Shown here: one piece after another, positions 1 through 7,130 of the stretch
Layout: each line of letters begins with the position of its first letter
How positions within the stretch are numbered: position 1 is the stretch's first letter
Virus record (IMG/VR): IMGVR_UViG_3300032373_000061
Coordinates: 1-36,355 of that record
Length of the DNA: 36,355 bases
Direction: 5' to 3' (one strand)
From: a virus
Lineage: Duplodnaviria > Caudoviricetes
Notes under the pieces: generated by a model
Seen by the model: the letters and a program-made list of their open reading frames with translations, nothing else
What the model was told of the DNA's origin: nothing
The model's database searches: none
Translations under genes and position numbers: made by a program

Positions 1-186
1 CCTGCCATCCCAACGCAGACCGCAGCGGAAAAGCTGATGATGCTATCTTGCCGCGCTGTCTGCGCCTTGATCGTCAACCACATGACGTTGCGGTCTTCGC
101 GTTCAACGATTGACCCAGAAGCCCTGCGCGATGCTGGCCACAAGCTGTGCCGGATCGCCGACGAAGCCGAAAGGAACGCAGCATGA
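1..186 (+). CDS. Hypothetical phage protein, 5'-truncated by window edge
   Basis: Frame 1 is open from base 1 to TGA at 184-186 (…LCRIADEAERNAA*); its stop overlaps the next ATG (ATGA). Confidence 0.55.
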   Translation, partial: PAIPTQTAAEKLMMLSCRAVCALIVNHMTLRSSRSTIDPEALRDAGHKLCRIADEAERNAA

Positions 187-326
187 GCCTGCAACTGATG
201 TTCGCCGCGCAAATCTTACTTGTGTTGGTGCTTGCCGTGACCGTTGCCACCCTTGGCCCTGACATTGGGGCTTGGCTGGAAGGTCTGACTATTCACCCTG
301 ATTGCCGGAATGATCCGGCCTGCTGA
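183..326 (+). CDS. Small membrane protein (47 aa)
   Basis: Manually translated MSLQLMFAAQILLVLVLAVTVATLGPDIGAWLEGLTIHPDCRNDPAC; SD AAGGA upstream; one hydrophobic helix. Confidence 0.6.
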   Translation: MSLQLMFAAQILLVLVLAVTVATLGPDIGAWLEGLTIHPDCRNDPAC

Positions 327-332
327 GAAAGG

Positions 333-842
333 ATGACCGCTATGAAGTATGACCACGGACTTTCACGCCAATCTGTCGCCGCTGCGGAGTTGATTGCTGC
401 GCTTGGCAATGACGCCGACGATGAAACCCTTGTCCACGATATGGTTGAGGGCGAAACGGACTTCTTTGAAGCTGTTGAACGCGCCCTTGATGAAATTGGC
501 GAATGTGAGATTGTTGCGGCTGGCGTCAAGGATATGCAGAAAAAGCTATCCGACCGCTTGACCCGCACTGAGAACCGCGCTGCCCGATTGCGGGGCTTGA
601 TAGATCAGGCATTTCAAATGGCCGAGGTCACAAGTCACAAGTTCCCGACCGCCACCATCAGCACAAAGAAGATACCGCAAAAGATGATTGTTGTCGATGA
701 GGCGGCAATACCTTCTGAGTATTTCGCCCCGCAACCGCCGAAGCTGGACCGCAAGGCGTTGACGGACGCTGTGAAGGCTGGGGCAGTGCCCGGCGCGGAA
801 CTGAGCAACGGCGGCACAACCATTCAAATTAGGAGAGACTAA
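333..842 (+). CDS. Siphovirus Gp157-like protein
   Basis: Coiled-coil N-half plus C-terminal 'VVDEAAIPSEYF…KLDRKAL…VPGAEL' signature; directly upstream of a Bet/RecT recombinase, the usual context. True start may be the second Met (342). Confidence 0.8.
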   Translation: MTAMKYDHGLSRQSVAAAELIAALGNDADDETLVHDMVEGETDFFEAVERALDEIGECEIVAAGVKDMQKKLSDRLTRTENRAARLRGLIDQAFQMAEVTSHKFPTATISTKKIPQKMIVVDEAAIPSEYFAPQPPKLDRKALTDAVKAGAVPGAELSNGGTTIQIRRD

Positions 843-1750
843 TGGGACTTCCAGATTTCAGCCCATCACAACTAACCACCATCAAAAACACCGTAGCGCG
901 GGATACAAACCAGCTTGAGTTCGATCTGTTTATGAATGCGGCGCGGTCCTATGGGCTTGACCCGTTCCGCAAGCAGATCAGCGCCATTGTGTTCAACAAG
1001 GACAAGCCGGACAAGCGCCAGATGGCTATCATTGTCGGGCGGGATGGACTGCGGTCTATCGCGGCGCGGTGCGGCGATTATCGCCCCGCGTCCGGCCCTG
1101 CAAATATTGCCTACGACGAAAATGTGAAAAGCAACACTAATCCAAAGGGTATTATTTCGGTTGGCGTGACGTTGTACAAGCAGGACAACAAAGGTGAATG
1201 GCACCCTGTCTATGGAGAGGCTTTTTGGGACGAATTTGTCCCTGTGACAGAGATTTGGGAGTTCGACAAAGAGGCGGGCAAGAAGCAGCCAAGCGGCAAG
1301 TTTTACCCCGTTAGTGGGAACTGGGCGAAAATGCCGCTGGTTATGCTGACAAAATGCGCCGAGGGCCAAGCACTTCGGGCGGGCTGGCCAGATCAGTTCG
1401 GGAACCTTTACGCAGAAGAAGAAATGCAGGCTCATTCCACGAAAGACATTACACCCAGCCAAGAGATTGAGCAGGAGGCCGCGCACCGTCGCGAGAACGC
1501 TCTAGGCGGCAAAGGATTGCTGATGAACATGGATGACACTGGGGCGTTGCAGCGCATCCCTATGGGTGACGTGGCAGACAGATGCATGGAATTTGTCAAA
1601 GACAATGATGCTGAGGCTGTTTGGAAGTGGTCCGTTCAAAATCGCGAGGCTCTAAAGGAGTTTTGGGCCGCAACCCCGAATGATGCGCTTGAGGTCAAGA
1701 AAGTGATCGAAGCGAAAACAGCAAACATGCAAGCGGGAGTAGCAGCATGA
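842..1750 (+). CDS. bet: Phage single-strand annealing recombinase, Bet/RecT family
   Basis: Motifs 'GLDPFRKQI', 'IIVGRDGLRSIA', 'WAKMPLVMLTKCAEGQALRAGWP', 'LYAEEEM' typical of Red-beta/RecT. Confidence 0.9.
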   Translation: MGLPDFSPSQLTTIKNTVARDTNQLEFDLFMNAARSYGLDPFRKQISAIVFNKDKPDKRQMAIIVGRDGLRSIAARCGDYRPASGPANIAYDENVKSNTNPKGIISVGVTLYKQDNKGEWHPVYGEAFWDEFVPVTEIWEFDKEAGKKQPSGKFYPVSGNWAKMPLVMLTKCAEGQALRAGWPDQFGNLYAEEEMQAHSTKDITPSQEIEQEAAHRRENALGGKGLLMNMDDTGALQRIPMGDVADRCMEFVKDNDAEAVWKWSVQNREALKEFWAATPNDALEVKKVIEAKTANMQAGVAA

Positions 1751-2106
1751 AAATCATCACCATCGCCGGAAATATCGGCAAGACCGCAGAAACCCGCAAC
1801 ACCCAAAACGGACAGACCGTCACAAGCTGGGCCGTGGCCGTAGATGATGGCTGGGGCGATAACAAAACAACCATGTGGTTTGACTGCTCGTGGTGGGGGA
1901 AACGCGGCGAAAAGGTCGGTCCCTACATCCAGAAGGGCGGCAAGATCACCGTGAGCGGCGAACTGTCCAAACGTGAGCATGACGGGAAAACGTATCTCAC
2001 GGTCAACGTCAATGACGTGAAGTTGCAAAGCAAGGCGGAGCAATCTCAGGGCAACTATGACGCGCCAGCGCAGGGCCGGGATTTAGGGGACGATATCCCG
2101 TTTTAA
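1747..2106 (+). CDS. ssb: Single-stranded DNA-binding protein
   Basis: OB-fold pattern 'ITIAGNIGK…WFDCSWWGKRGE…KGGKITVSGEL' and acidic C-terminal DDIPF. Confidence 0.95.
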   Translation: MKIITIAGNIGKTAETRNTQNGQTVTSWAVAVDDGWGDNKTTMWFDCSWWGKRGEKVGPYIQKGGKITVSGELSKREHDGKTYLTVNVNDVKLQSKAEQSQGNYDAPAQGRDLGDDIPF

Positions 2107-2130
2107 CGGTATGTCTTGACATATACCGTT
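2105..2130. promoter_or_regulatory. Palindrome AACGGTAT-N10-ATACCGTT enclosing TTGACA; possible operator/promoter for the HNH gene
   Basis: Perfect 8-bp arms; TTGACA at 2116-2121; no convincing -10 box. Confidence 0.4.
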
Positions 2131-2149
2131 CTATCTGCATTGTGGACTT

Positions 2150-2620
2150 ATGGATAAAATACACACATGCAAACTCTGCGGGGCAACATCTGATTCCGCA
2201 GAGTTTTACAAAAGCACCACTTCAAGGTGCAAGGATTGCCACAAAGCCAAAGTTAGAGAAAACCGGGCGGCAAAAATAGATTATTACCGCGAATATGACG
2301 CTGAGCGGTTCCAGAATGATCCGAGAGTAAGGGAGCGCCACAAAAGGTATCAAAAGACCGCAGCGGGCAAGAAATCGACAAGGGCGGCAAAGCAAAAGTG
2401 GATATCTCAGAACCCAGAAAAAAGGGCAGCGCATGTAATCCTTGGGAACAGAGTAAGGGATGGGTCCATCGTGAAGCCAGACCGATGCGAAAAATGCGGA
2501 TGCAAGTCTAGCAGGCTGGAAGGCCATCACGAGGACTACGCGAAGCCTCTGGACGTTATATGGGTTTGCCGCCAGTGCCACGTCGATATTCACAATGCAA
2601 TCACCGGAGGTGACACCTAA
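2150..2620 (+). CDS. HNH-type zinc-binding endonuclease
   Basis: N-terminal CxxC…CxxC; C-terminal 'CEKCG…LEGHHEDYAKPLDVIWVCRQCHVDIH'. Confidence 0.8.
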   Translation: MDKIHTCKLCGATSDSAEFYKSTTSRCKDCHKAKVRENRAAKIDYYREYDAERFQNDPRVRERHKRYQKTAAGKKSTRAAKQKWISQNPEKRAAHVILGNRVRDGSIVKPDRCEKCGCKSSRLEGHHEDYAKPLDVIWVCRQCHVDIHNAITGGDT

Positions 2621-3006
2621 TGCCCGCAATCGTCCGCATAACAGATGAGGCCACCCGCGCCCGCGCTCAACATTGGGCGCGGATTGCGGAACCCGGCGTC
2701 ACCGTCACCTTTCGCAAGCCAACGCGGTCTAACGACCAGAACGCGAAACTATGGGCGATGATTAACGACATTCGCCAGCAGAAAGAAAAGCACGGCAAGG
2801 ACATGGCCGCTGATGTATGGAAGGCAGTCTTTATGCGGGCTTGTGAGCATGAAGTGGCGTTTGCAACGGGGCTTGACGGCGAACCGTTCCCAATCGGGTT
2901 CCGATCCAGCCAGTTGAGCGTTTCGCAGATGGCGGATTTGATTACCTTCATCATCCAGTGGGGCGATGAGGTTGGCGTGATCTGGTCAAAGGAGGCTAAG
3001 GCATGA
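2620..3006 (+). CDS. ninB: NinB/Orf-family recombination protein
   Basis: 'RSNDQNAKLWAMINDIRQQ…WKAVF…RSSQLSVSQMADLITFI..WG.E.GV.W' matches the NinB consensus. Confidence 0.9.
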   Translation: MPAIVRITDEATRARAQHWARIAEPGVTVTFRKPTRSNDQNAKLWAMINDIRQQKEKHGKDMAADVWKAVFMRACEHEVAFATGLDGEPFPIGFRSSQLSVSQMADLITFIIQWGDEVGVIWSKEAKA

Positions 3007-3392
3007 GCCGGATTGAGAATTTCAAGGGACCGATGGGGTTAAAGCCCGACAAGACCGCGAAAGCGCCCCGCAAGGGTATGCGCCGCGTTGCTAAGGGCAA
3101 GAAGTCCAGCAGCGAATGCCCGATTATGAAGTCGGCAAAAGGCCAGCCATGCCTTGCCGATTGGTGCGGGTGCAACGGGTCAACCGACACAACCAACATG
3201 CGCCATATCAGGAAATTCAAGATTGGCGGGATGGGACAGAAGTCACCCAACTACATCGCCTTTTATGGCTGTGACGTGGCGGAGAGAATGTTTGAGAACA
3301 GCAAAGATCAGGAATGGACATGGCGCGGCATTATGCAGGCGATGGTTCTGACCCAGATGAAACTCCGAGAAAAAGGACACCTGCCGCTATGA
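3003..3392 (+). CDS. DUF1364/YbcO-like nuclease-domain protein
   Basis: 'SAKGQPC…CNGSTDTT..RH…GGMGQKSP…AFYGC'; the second CxxCH pair is degenerate (CDVAE). Confidence 0.65.
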   Translation: MSRIENFKGPMGLKPDKTAKAPRKGMRRVAKGKKSSSECPIMKSAKGQPCLADWCGCNGSTDTTNMRHIRKFKIGGMGQKSPNYIAFYGCDVAERMFENSKDQEWTWRGIMQAMVLTQMKLREKGHLPL

Positions 3393-3676
3393 CCAACCAA
3401 CTGAAACAACTGTCCGAAGCTGCAACGCAGGGTGAGTGGTCTTGGAGCCACTTCGGGGCTGTTAAATCCATCAGAACAGAAGAAACCACAATGGCGCATT
3501 TTCATATAAGTCCTGAACGCCGTGCGCAGGAGGATGTTGAGTTTATCACCGCCCTCGTCAACGCCTATCGCGCTGGTGAACTTATCCCTACGGAAGAGGC
3601 CCGCGCCCGTGAGGCTGTGGCTTATGAGGTGGAGTTTCTTGTTGATGCCAACCCCACACAGGAGGACACCCCATGA
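3389..3676 (+). CDS. Ead/Ea22-like hypothetical protein
   Basis: Start reassigned to ATG 3389 (ATGA overlap); 'LKQLSEAATQGEW…DVEFITALVNA' pattern. Confidence 0.6.
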   Translation: MTNQLKQLSEAATQGEWSWSHFGAVKSIRTEETTMAHFHISPERRAQEDVEFITALVNAYRAGELIPTEEARAREAVAYEVEFLVDANPTQEDTP

Positions 3677-3969
3677 CAGGACACGTAGAAGCCGAAGGAT
3701 ACCGGCATATCGCAAGATGGCTTGATGAGTGCCTTGATTTTGATACCCCACCTGGGCCCCAAAGTTTAAGGGATACAGCTAAGAAGCTGCATCAGGCCGC
3801 AGACCGTATTGAAGAACTGACCACCCGCACAGACATTCACCAAGCCGCGCTTGATCGGATAGCGGAGTTGGAGAAAGGTTTAGAGGAATTGGCCTGCCGG
3901 CACGTCACATCTAAGCCGCTCTGGTGGCAGGCAATCGCTCGCGCCGCGCTGGCTAAGGGGGATGGGTGA
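3673..3969 (+). CDS. Hypothetical phage protein
   Basis: SD AGGAGG; ATGA overlap; 'AADRIEEL…ARAALAK' pattern common in phage early genes. Confidence 0.7.
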   Translation: MTGHVEAEGYRHIARWLDECLDFDTPPGPQSLRDTAKKLHQAADRIEELTTRTDIHQAALDRIAELEKGLEELACRHVTSKPLWWQAIARAALAKGDG

Positions 3970-4202
3970 TGGGCTTGCGCCAAGAGCGAATTGAGCGCCT
4001 TCTGGCTGATCTTCAATACGAAATTACGCGGGGGATGATGGAAGGCGAGATTGATGAAAGGCTTGGATTTGAGTTTTTCGTGCCGATCAGCAAGACCGTC
4101 AAAGACGGGGTTGTTCAGTGCCGTTTTGAAACGCGGCCAACAGAGAGATATTTCAACAATTCGCCGGATGGAAACCAGCCAAGGTTGAAGGTGGTCAAAT
4201 AA
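3966..4202 (+). CDS. Hypothetical phage protein
   Basis: Coupled to the upstream gene; ends 'PRLKVVK'; its TAA lies inside the 28-bp inverted repeat. Confidence 0.7.
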   Translation: MMGLRQERIERLLADLQYEITRGMMEGEIDERLGFEFFVPISKTVKDGVVQCRFETRPTERYFNNSPDGNQPRLKVVK

Positions 4203-4352
4203 CCCACTTTGTTAGGCACGGTAGCAGATCAACACCCACAGAACGCCCTTACACCCAAGGAGCAGGCGTTTTGATGTTGTTGGTTGGGCAAGACCTTAAA
4301 CACCCCAGTAGCGCCAAACTCCGCGCTATCGTGTCTAACAAAGTGGGTTATT
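4198..4352. repeat. 155-bp element bounded by 28-bp inverted repeats (26/28 identical)
   Basis: 4198-4225 AATAACCCACTTTGTTAGGCACGGTAGC; reverse complement of 4325-4352 AATAACCCACTTTGTTAGACACGATAGC; 99-bp spacer with an internal imperfect hairpin. Confidence 0.95.
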
Positions 4353-4449
4353 CAGGCTCCTTCTGTGTAGGTGTAGACGGCCCGAAAACGCGCCGCAGGC
4401 ATTCGGGACATGGATAGTCCATCGCCTTGCACTTCCAGCAATCAGCCAT
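4348..4449 (-). CDS. 33-aa CxxC…CxxC zinc-finger microprotein (below ORF-track cutoff)
   Basis: Manually translated MADCWKCKAMDYPCPECLRRVFGPSTPTQKEPE*; overlaps the upstream gene end; its TAA lies in the right inverted repeat. Confidence 0.6.
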   Translation of the reverse strand: MADCWKCKAMDYPCPECLRRVFGPSTPTQKEPE

Positions 4450-4633
4450 TGGGGTCACCGTCAGCCGATGGCTGTGAACCTTGGAACCACTGCCACGCCA
4501 GCTCTGCGACAACATCGTTTATACCGTGACCTGTGGTTTTGGCGTGCGAGGCCAATGCGCTGCACATTTGTTCAACACCAGAGCCACTTTGCGGCTTAAA
4601 AACGGTGATGTGCGGGGCTTTACGCTTTGCCAT
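4442..4633 (-). CDS. Hypothetical protein (63 aa)
   Basis: SD AAGGAG 7 nt upstream; overlaps neighbours. Confidence 0.7.
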   Translation of the reverse strand: MAKRKAPHITVFKPQSGSGVEQMCSALASHAKTTGHGINDVVAELAWQWFQGSQPSADGDPNG

Positions 4634-4988
4634 CTTCCGGCTCCTTATGTTTGGTGTAGACCGTCATAGGGTCGATGCGCTCACACTTCCCATCAGGCCA
4701 AATTCTGACCCACCCAGCGCCTAAGGCTTCCGCGTCCTCACGCGCGATTTTCAGGGCTGAAACAGGGCCCGAAAGTTGGGGGCGCTCACTTAGACTTTCA
4801 CGGCTTGGGTAGGTGTGACCCGCCGCGCACTTATCATCGCCATTCATCCTGCGCTCACGTGATTGCCCTGTGGCCCCGCACTTGGGGCAAAACCCATATG
4901 ATGGGCGCTTTACCACAGATCCACGGCTTGGCGGCTTAGATGGCGCAGCATTGCCAGTTTTTGGCCGATAGCCAGAACTATTGAACAT
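4620..4988 (-). CDS. Hypothetical protein with zinc ribbon (CPKCG…C…H)
   Basis: Start reassigned to ATG 4988 after SD AAGGAG. Confidence 0.7.
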   Translation of the reverse strand: MFNSSGYRPKTGNAAPSKPPSRGSVVKRPSYGFCPKCGATGQSRERRMNGDDKCAAGHTYPSRESLSERPQLSGPVSALKIAREDAEALGAGWVRIWPDGKCERIDPMTVYTKHKEPEDGKA

Positions 4989-5172
4989 CTTTAGTCTCCT
5001 TGGATTTAATATCTTCAAGTTCAGCCAAGTGACCTTTAAGCATTTTCAACTCACCCTCGCGCACTGCAATGTGCGTCGCGGCATCACGTAGGCGGGCAAG
5101 GTCTTGCTCGACGTGCTTTATTGCCCGCTTGGCTTTTGGAATGTCGCGCAGGTACATCGGAATATCACTCAC
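4978..5172 (-). CDS. Hypothetical coiled-coil protein (64 aa)
   Basis: GTG start after AAGGAGCC; overlaps neighbours. Confidence 0.7.
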   Translation of the reverse strand: MSDIPMYLRDIPKAKRAIKHVEQDLARLRDAATHIAVREGELKMLKGHLAELEDIKSKETKDVQ

Positions 5173-5380
5173 CTGATGGCTCCTTATCGTTGTATCTCAA
5201 TTCAGCACCACACGACGCGCAGTCATAACCCAAGTCCCTCACCGAAGGCGTCGGGTTTCTTGGTGTTGGCGACACGTATGAACCGCTAGTGACGACTATA
5301 AGTTGACTTGGACCACTACCGCACTCAGGACAGGTTCTAGGCTCATACCGCAAGCCGTATTTGATAGTGTGGTGCATCAC
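5165..5380 (-). CDS. Zinc-ribbon protein (CPECG…CASCG)
   Basis: SD AAGGAGG; two CxxC pairs. Confidence 0.7.
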   Translation of the reverse strand: MMHHTIKYGLRYEPRTCPECGSGPSQLIVVTSGSYVSPTPRNPTPSVRDLGYDCASCGAELRYNDKEPSGE

Positions 5381-5616
5381 TTGCCCTCCTTTGATTCAAC
5401 AAGGTCTCTCGCCTCTCTCAACCATTCAGCATCGGGGTCAATGCCCAGCTTTCGCCGCGCTATCGGCGTGTCCAGATGCCCCATCGCATTTTGCAACGCG
5501 CCCTCAAGTTCACGTACTCTCGCGGAATACCATGTCGAAACGCCCTTGCGAGAACCTTTGGAAACGATGGATCGCTTGCGTTGAATCAGGCGGATGGAGT
5601 TTGAACTAATTGCCAT
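5377..5616 (-). CDS. Hypothetical protein
   Basis: Start reassigned to ATG 5616 after AAGGAGCC. Confidence 0.65.
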   Translation of the reverse strand: MAISSNSIRLIQRKRSIVSKGSRKGVSTWYSARVRELEGALQNAMGHLDTPIARRKLGIDPDAEWLREARDLVESKEGK

Positions 5617-5854
5617 CTGACGGCTCCTTTTGTGCTGCCATCTTTCCAACAGCCTCCGAAATTTCCGCAGGCGTAAACCCCTCTTTTTTGAGCTGCGCCC
5701 GAACACCCTTAGCTGTTGCGCCGGGCCGTGATCCCAAGTCGTGAAGCGCGATGATAACCCGATCAATGACTAAGCTGTGTTCGTACTGCGCCTGCGTAAT
5801 GCCACGCCTATCGCGCTCTGTTTGGCGACCCGCGCCCTGCATCGGTTGCATCAT
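5606..5854 (-). CDS. Hypothetical protein, possible helical DNA-binding fold
   Basis: SD AAGGAG, ATGA overlap; 'VRAQLKKEGFTPAEISEAV'. Confidence 0.65.
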   Translation of the reverse strand: MMQPMQGAGRQTERDRRGITQAQYEHSLVIDRVIIALHDLGSRPGATAKGVRAQLKKEGFTPAEISEAVGKMAAQKEPSDGN

Positions 5855-6342
5855 GCTTCCGGCTCCTTCTGTTTAGGCGCATTGCGCGTCCCAAGATTGT
5901 CGTTAAGCGTGGCGCGTGTCACCCACGCAAACCCCGCATCGTGAAACTCTTTGATTGCCGCCTGCCAAGTGAAAATGTCAGGGCTGTGCCACCTGTCAGC
6001 GCCCCTCTTGACCACATCAGCGGGGATCATAGGCCAGCGGGGCTTTGGCCCAGGCTTGCGCGGTTCTGGCGGCGGGCTTGCGTCATCGACCAGTTCGATG
6101 CTGGCCCCGTGTGCTTCAATCTTGCGCCGGTTCTCCGCCAGATCAAAGCCCCTGCCTAGATCAGCCATTGAAACCACATGCACCACGTCACCTGTGCGCA
6201 GCAGCATAATCATGTCAGAGAATTGAGGTCGCACCTTGTCGTCGGTATCAACCCAGATACGCCGATCACCAAACCCGTCGAGGTCAATGTCAGCCTTAGC
6301 GAAGTCTTTGACCTGCCGATTTATGCCATATCCAATATTCAT
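5851..6342 (-). CDS. Serine resolvase/invertase homologue, apparently catalytically inactive, with C-terminal HTH
   Basis: 'IGY', 'IWVD', 'RPQF', 'LRTGDVVHVVSMADLGR' align with Gin/Hin-type IGY-RVS, IFED, RPGL, GDxLVVxxLDRLGR; RVS and DR are lost; C-terminal 'VTRATLNDNLG' resembles the resolvase HTH recognition helix. Confidence 0.7.
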   Translation of the reverse strand: MNIGYGINRQVKDFAKADIDLDGFGDRRIWVDTDDKVRPQFSDMIMLLRTGDVVHVVSMADLGRGFDLAENRRKIEAHGASIELVDDASPPPEPRKPGPKPRWPMIPADVVKRGADRWHSPDIFTWQAAIKEFHDAGFAWVTRATLNDNLGTRNAPKQKEPEA

Positions 6343-6348
6343 AAAGTG

Positions 6349-6377
6349 ACGTTACGCCCTTACTATAAACAGGTCAA
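6349..6377 (-). promoter_or_regulatory. Sigma70-like promoter predicted to give a leaderless mRNA for the resolvase-like gene
   Basis: TTGACC-17 bp-TAACGT-6 nt-ATG; no SD present. Confidence 0.65.
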
Positions 6378-6420
6378 CACATAGCGGGATTATTTAATTC
6401 ATTTTTGTAGGAGATATTTC

Positions 6421-6449
6421 TTGCAGTGTTGTTGATCCGCGCTTAAGGT
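6421..6449 (+). promoter_or_regulatory. Sigma70-like promoter for the rightward accessory array
   Basis: TTGCAG-17 bp-TAAGGT, preceded by an AT-rich tract. Confidence 0.5.
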
Positions 6450-6484
6450 GTAGGAATAACCTCAGAAACAGAAGGACCGAACCG

Positions 6485-6685
6485 ATGAAACTCAGTGCAA
6501 CAGACATTCACAATCTTCGCACATTGACAGTCAAGTCCACTGATTACAAAGGGCCGCAGCGTGGTATGCGCAAACTGATAGACGCCGGACTTGTTGATCG
6601 CACCGAAGGCGAAGCGCCCGCAGGAAAATCATATACTGTTTATTTTTACAACACTACAGACGCAGGCAAACAGGCGGTGGCGTAA
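6485..6685 (+). CDS. Small winged-helix-like hypothetical protein
   Basis: SD AAGGA; 'RKLIDAGLVDR…YNTTDAGKQAV' resembles a wHTH wing. Confidence 0.7.
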   Translation: MKLSATDIHNLRTLTVKSTDYKGPQRGMRKLIDAGLVDRTEGEAPAGKSYTVYFYNTTDAGKQAVA

Positions 6686-6919
6686 GCCCCGACCACCTCT
6701 TACAGATTAGGACCGAGAACATGCTCACAATCGAAATGAAATGGAAGCAGGCGGCACGCATCGCAATCATGGCGCTGGAAAACGGCACCGAAGAAGGTAA
6801 GCGCCTCGCCCGAGAAGAAATTATGCAAATGGCGGACGTTGCTGACTTTGCGGTTGATCTGCAAAATGAAATCAAAACGGCGGCGGCGTAAGCCCCGCCC
6901 ACCTCTTACAGATTAGGAC
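6673..6919 (+). repeat. 41-bp direct repeat, two copies (6673-6713, 6879-6919; 39/41 identical), with a partial third copy at 7142-7153
   Basis: GGCGGYGGCGTAAGCCCCGMCCACCTCTTACAGATTAGGAC; contains the upstream stop codon in a GTAA-loop hairpin plus the next RBS. Confidence 0.95.
6721..6891 (+). CDS. 56-aa hypothetical protein flanked by the 41-bp repeats
   Basis: Manually translated MLTIEMKWKQAARIAIMALENGTEEGKRLAREEIMQMADVADFAVDLQNEIKTAAA*; SD AGGA supplied by the repeat. Confidence 0.75.
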   Translation: MLTIEMKWKQAARIAIMALENGTEEGKRLAREEIMQMADVADFAVDLQNEIKTAAA

Positions 6920-7130
6920 GGGTTTCTGACCGCGCAGAACTTTAGGCCGATGACGCGGAGACCCAGTTGGCCTGACGAAACAAGGAGGACGCTATGACCC
7001 GTACAGTGGGCTTGGTTGCACGCTGAAAGGGGTTACAGAAACAGGGGCAGCGCCGTTAGATCCGCTGCATGATGATTGAAAACACAGAGTGTATGACTGG
7101 ACCTGAGTACGTCCCTAAAAACTGCTCACC
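6920..7130 (+). ncRNA. Candidate structured RNA (several hairpins, 3' H-type pseudoknot) containing a 10-aa ORF at 6994-7026
   Basis: Pairings TTCTG/CAGAA, TAGGCCGA/TTGGCCTG, GCAGCG/CGCTGC; pseudoknot GGAC/GTCC with TGAGTA/TGCTCA; no long ORF. Confidence 0.35.

Noticed and set aside
4190-4225. XerCD dif site
   Set aside because: TAA and TTA are 9 bp apart rather than 6, and the right arm does not resemble the TTATG-type XerD arm.
4198-4352. Canonical integron attC site (GTTAGGC and GTCTAAC present)
   Set aside because: The order is GTTRRRY…RYYYAAC, the reverse of attC; it is a single element, and no IntI is in the window. Kept only as an unexplained inverted-repeat element.
5851-6342. Functional integrase or invertase
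   Set aside because: The catalytic Ser/Arg motif and helix E are absent, and it is too short for a large serine integrase.
6673-6919. CRISPR array
   Set aside because: Only two full repeats, a 165-bp protein-coding spacer, and no cas genes.
6965-7045. Hammerhead ribozyme (CTGACGA…GAAA)
   Set aside because: I could not build stems I-III around the core nucleotides.
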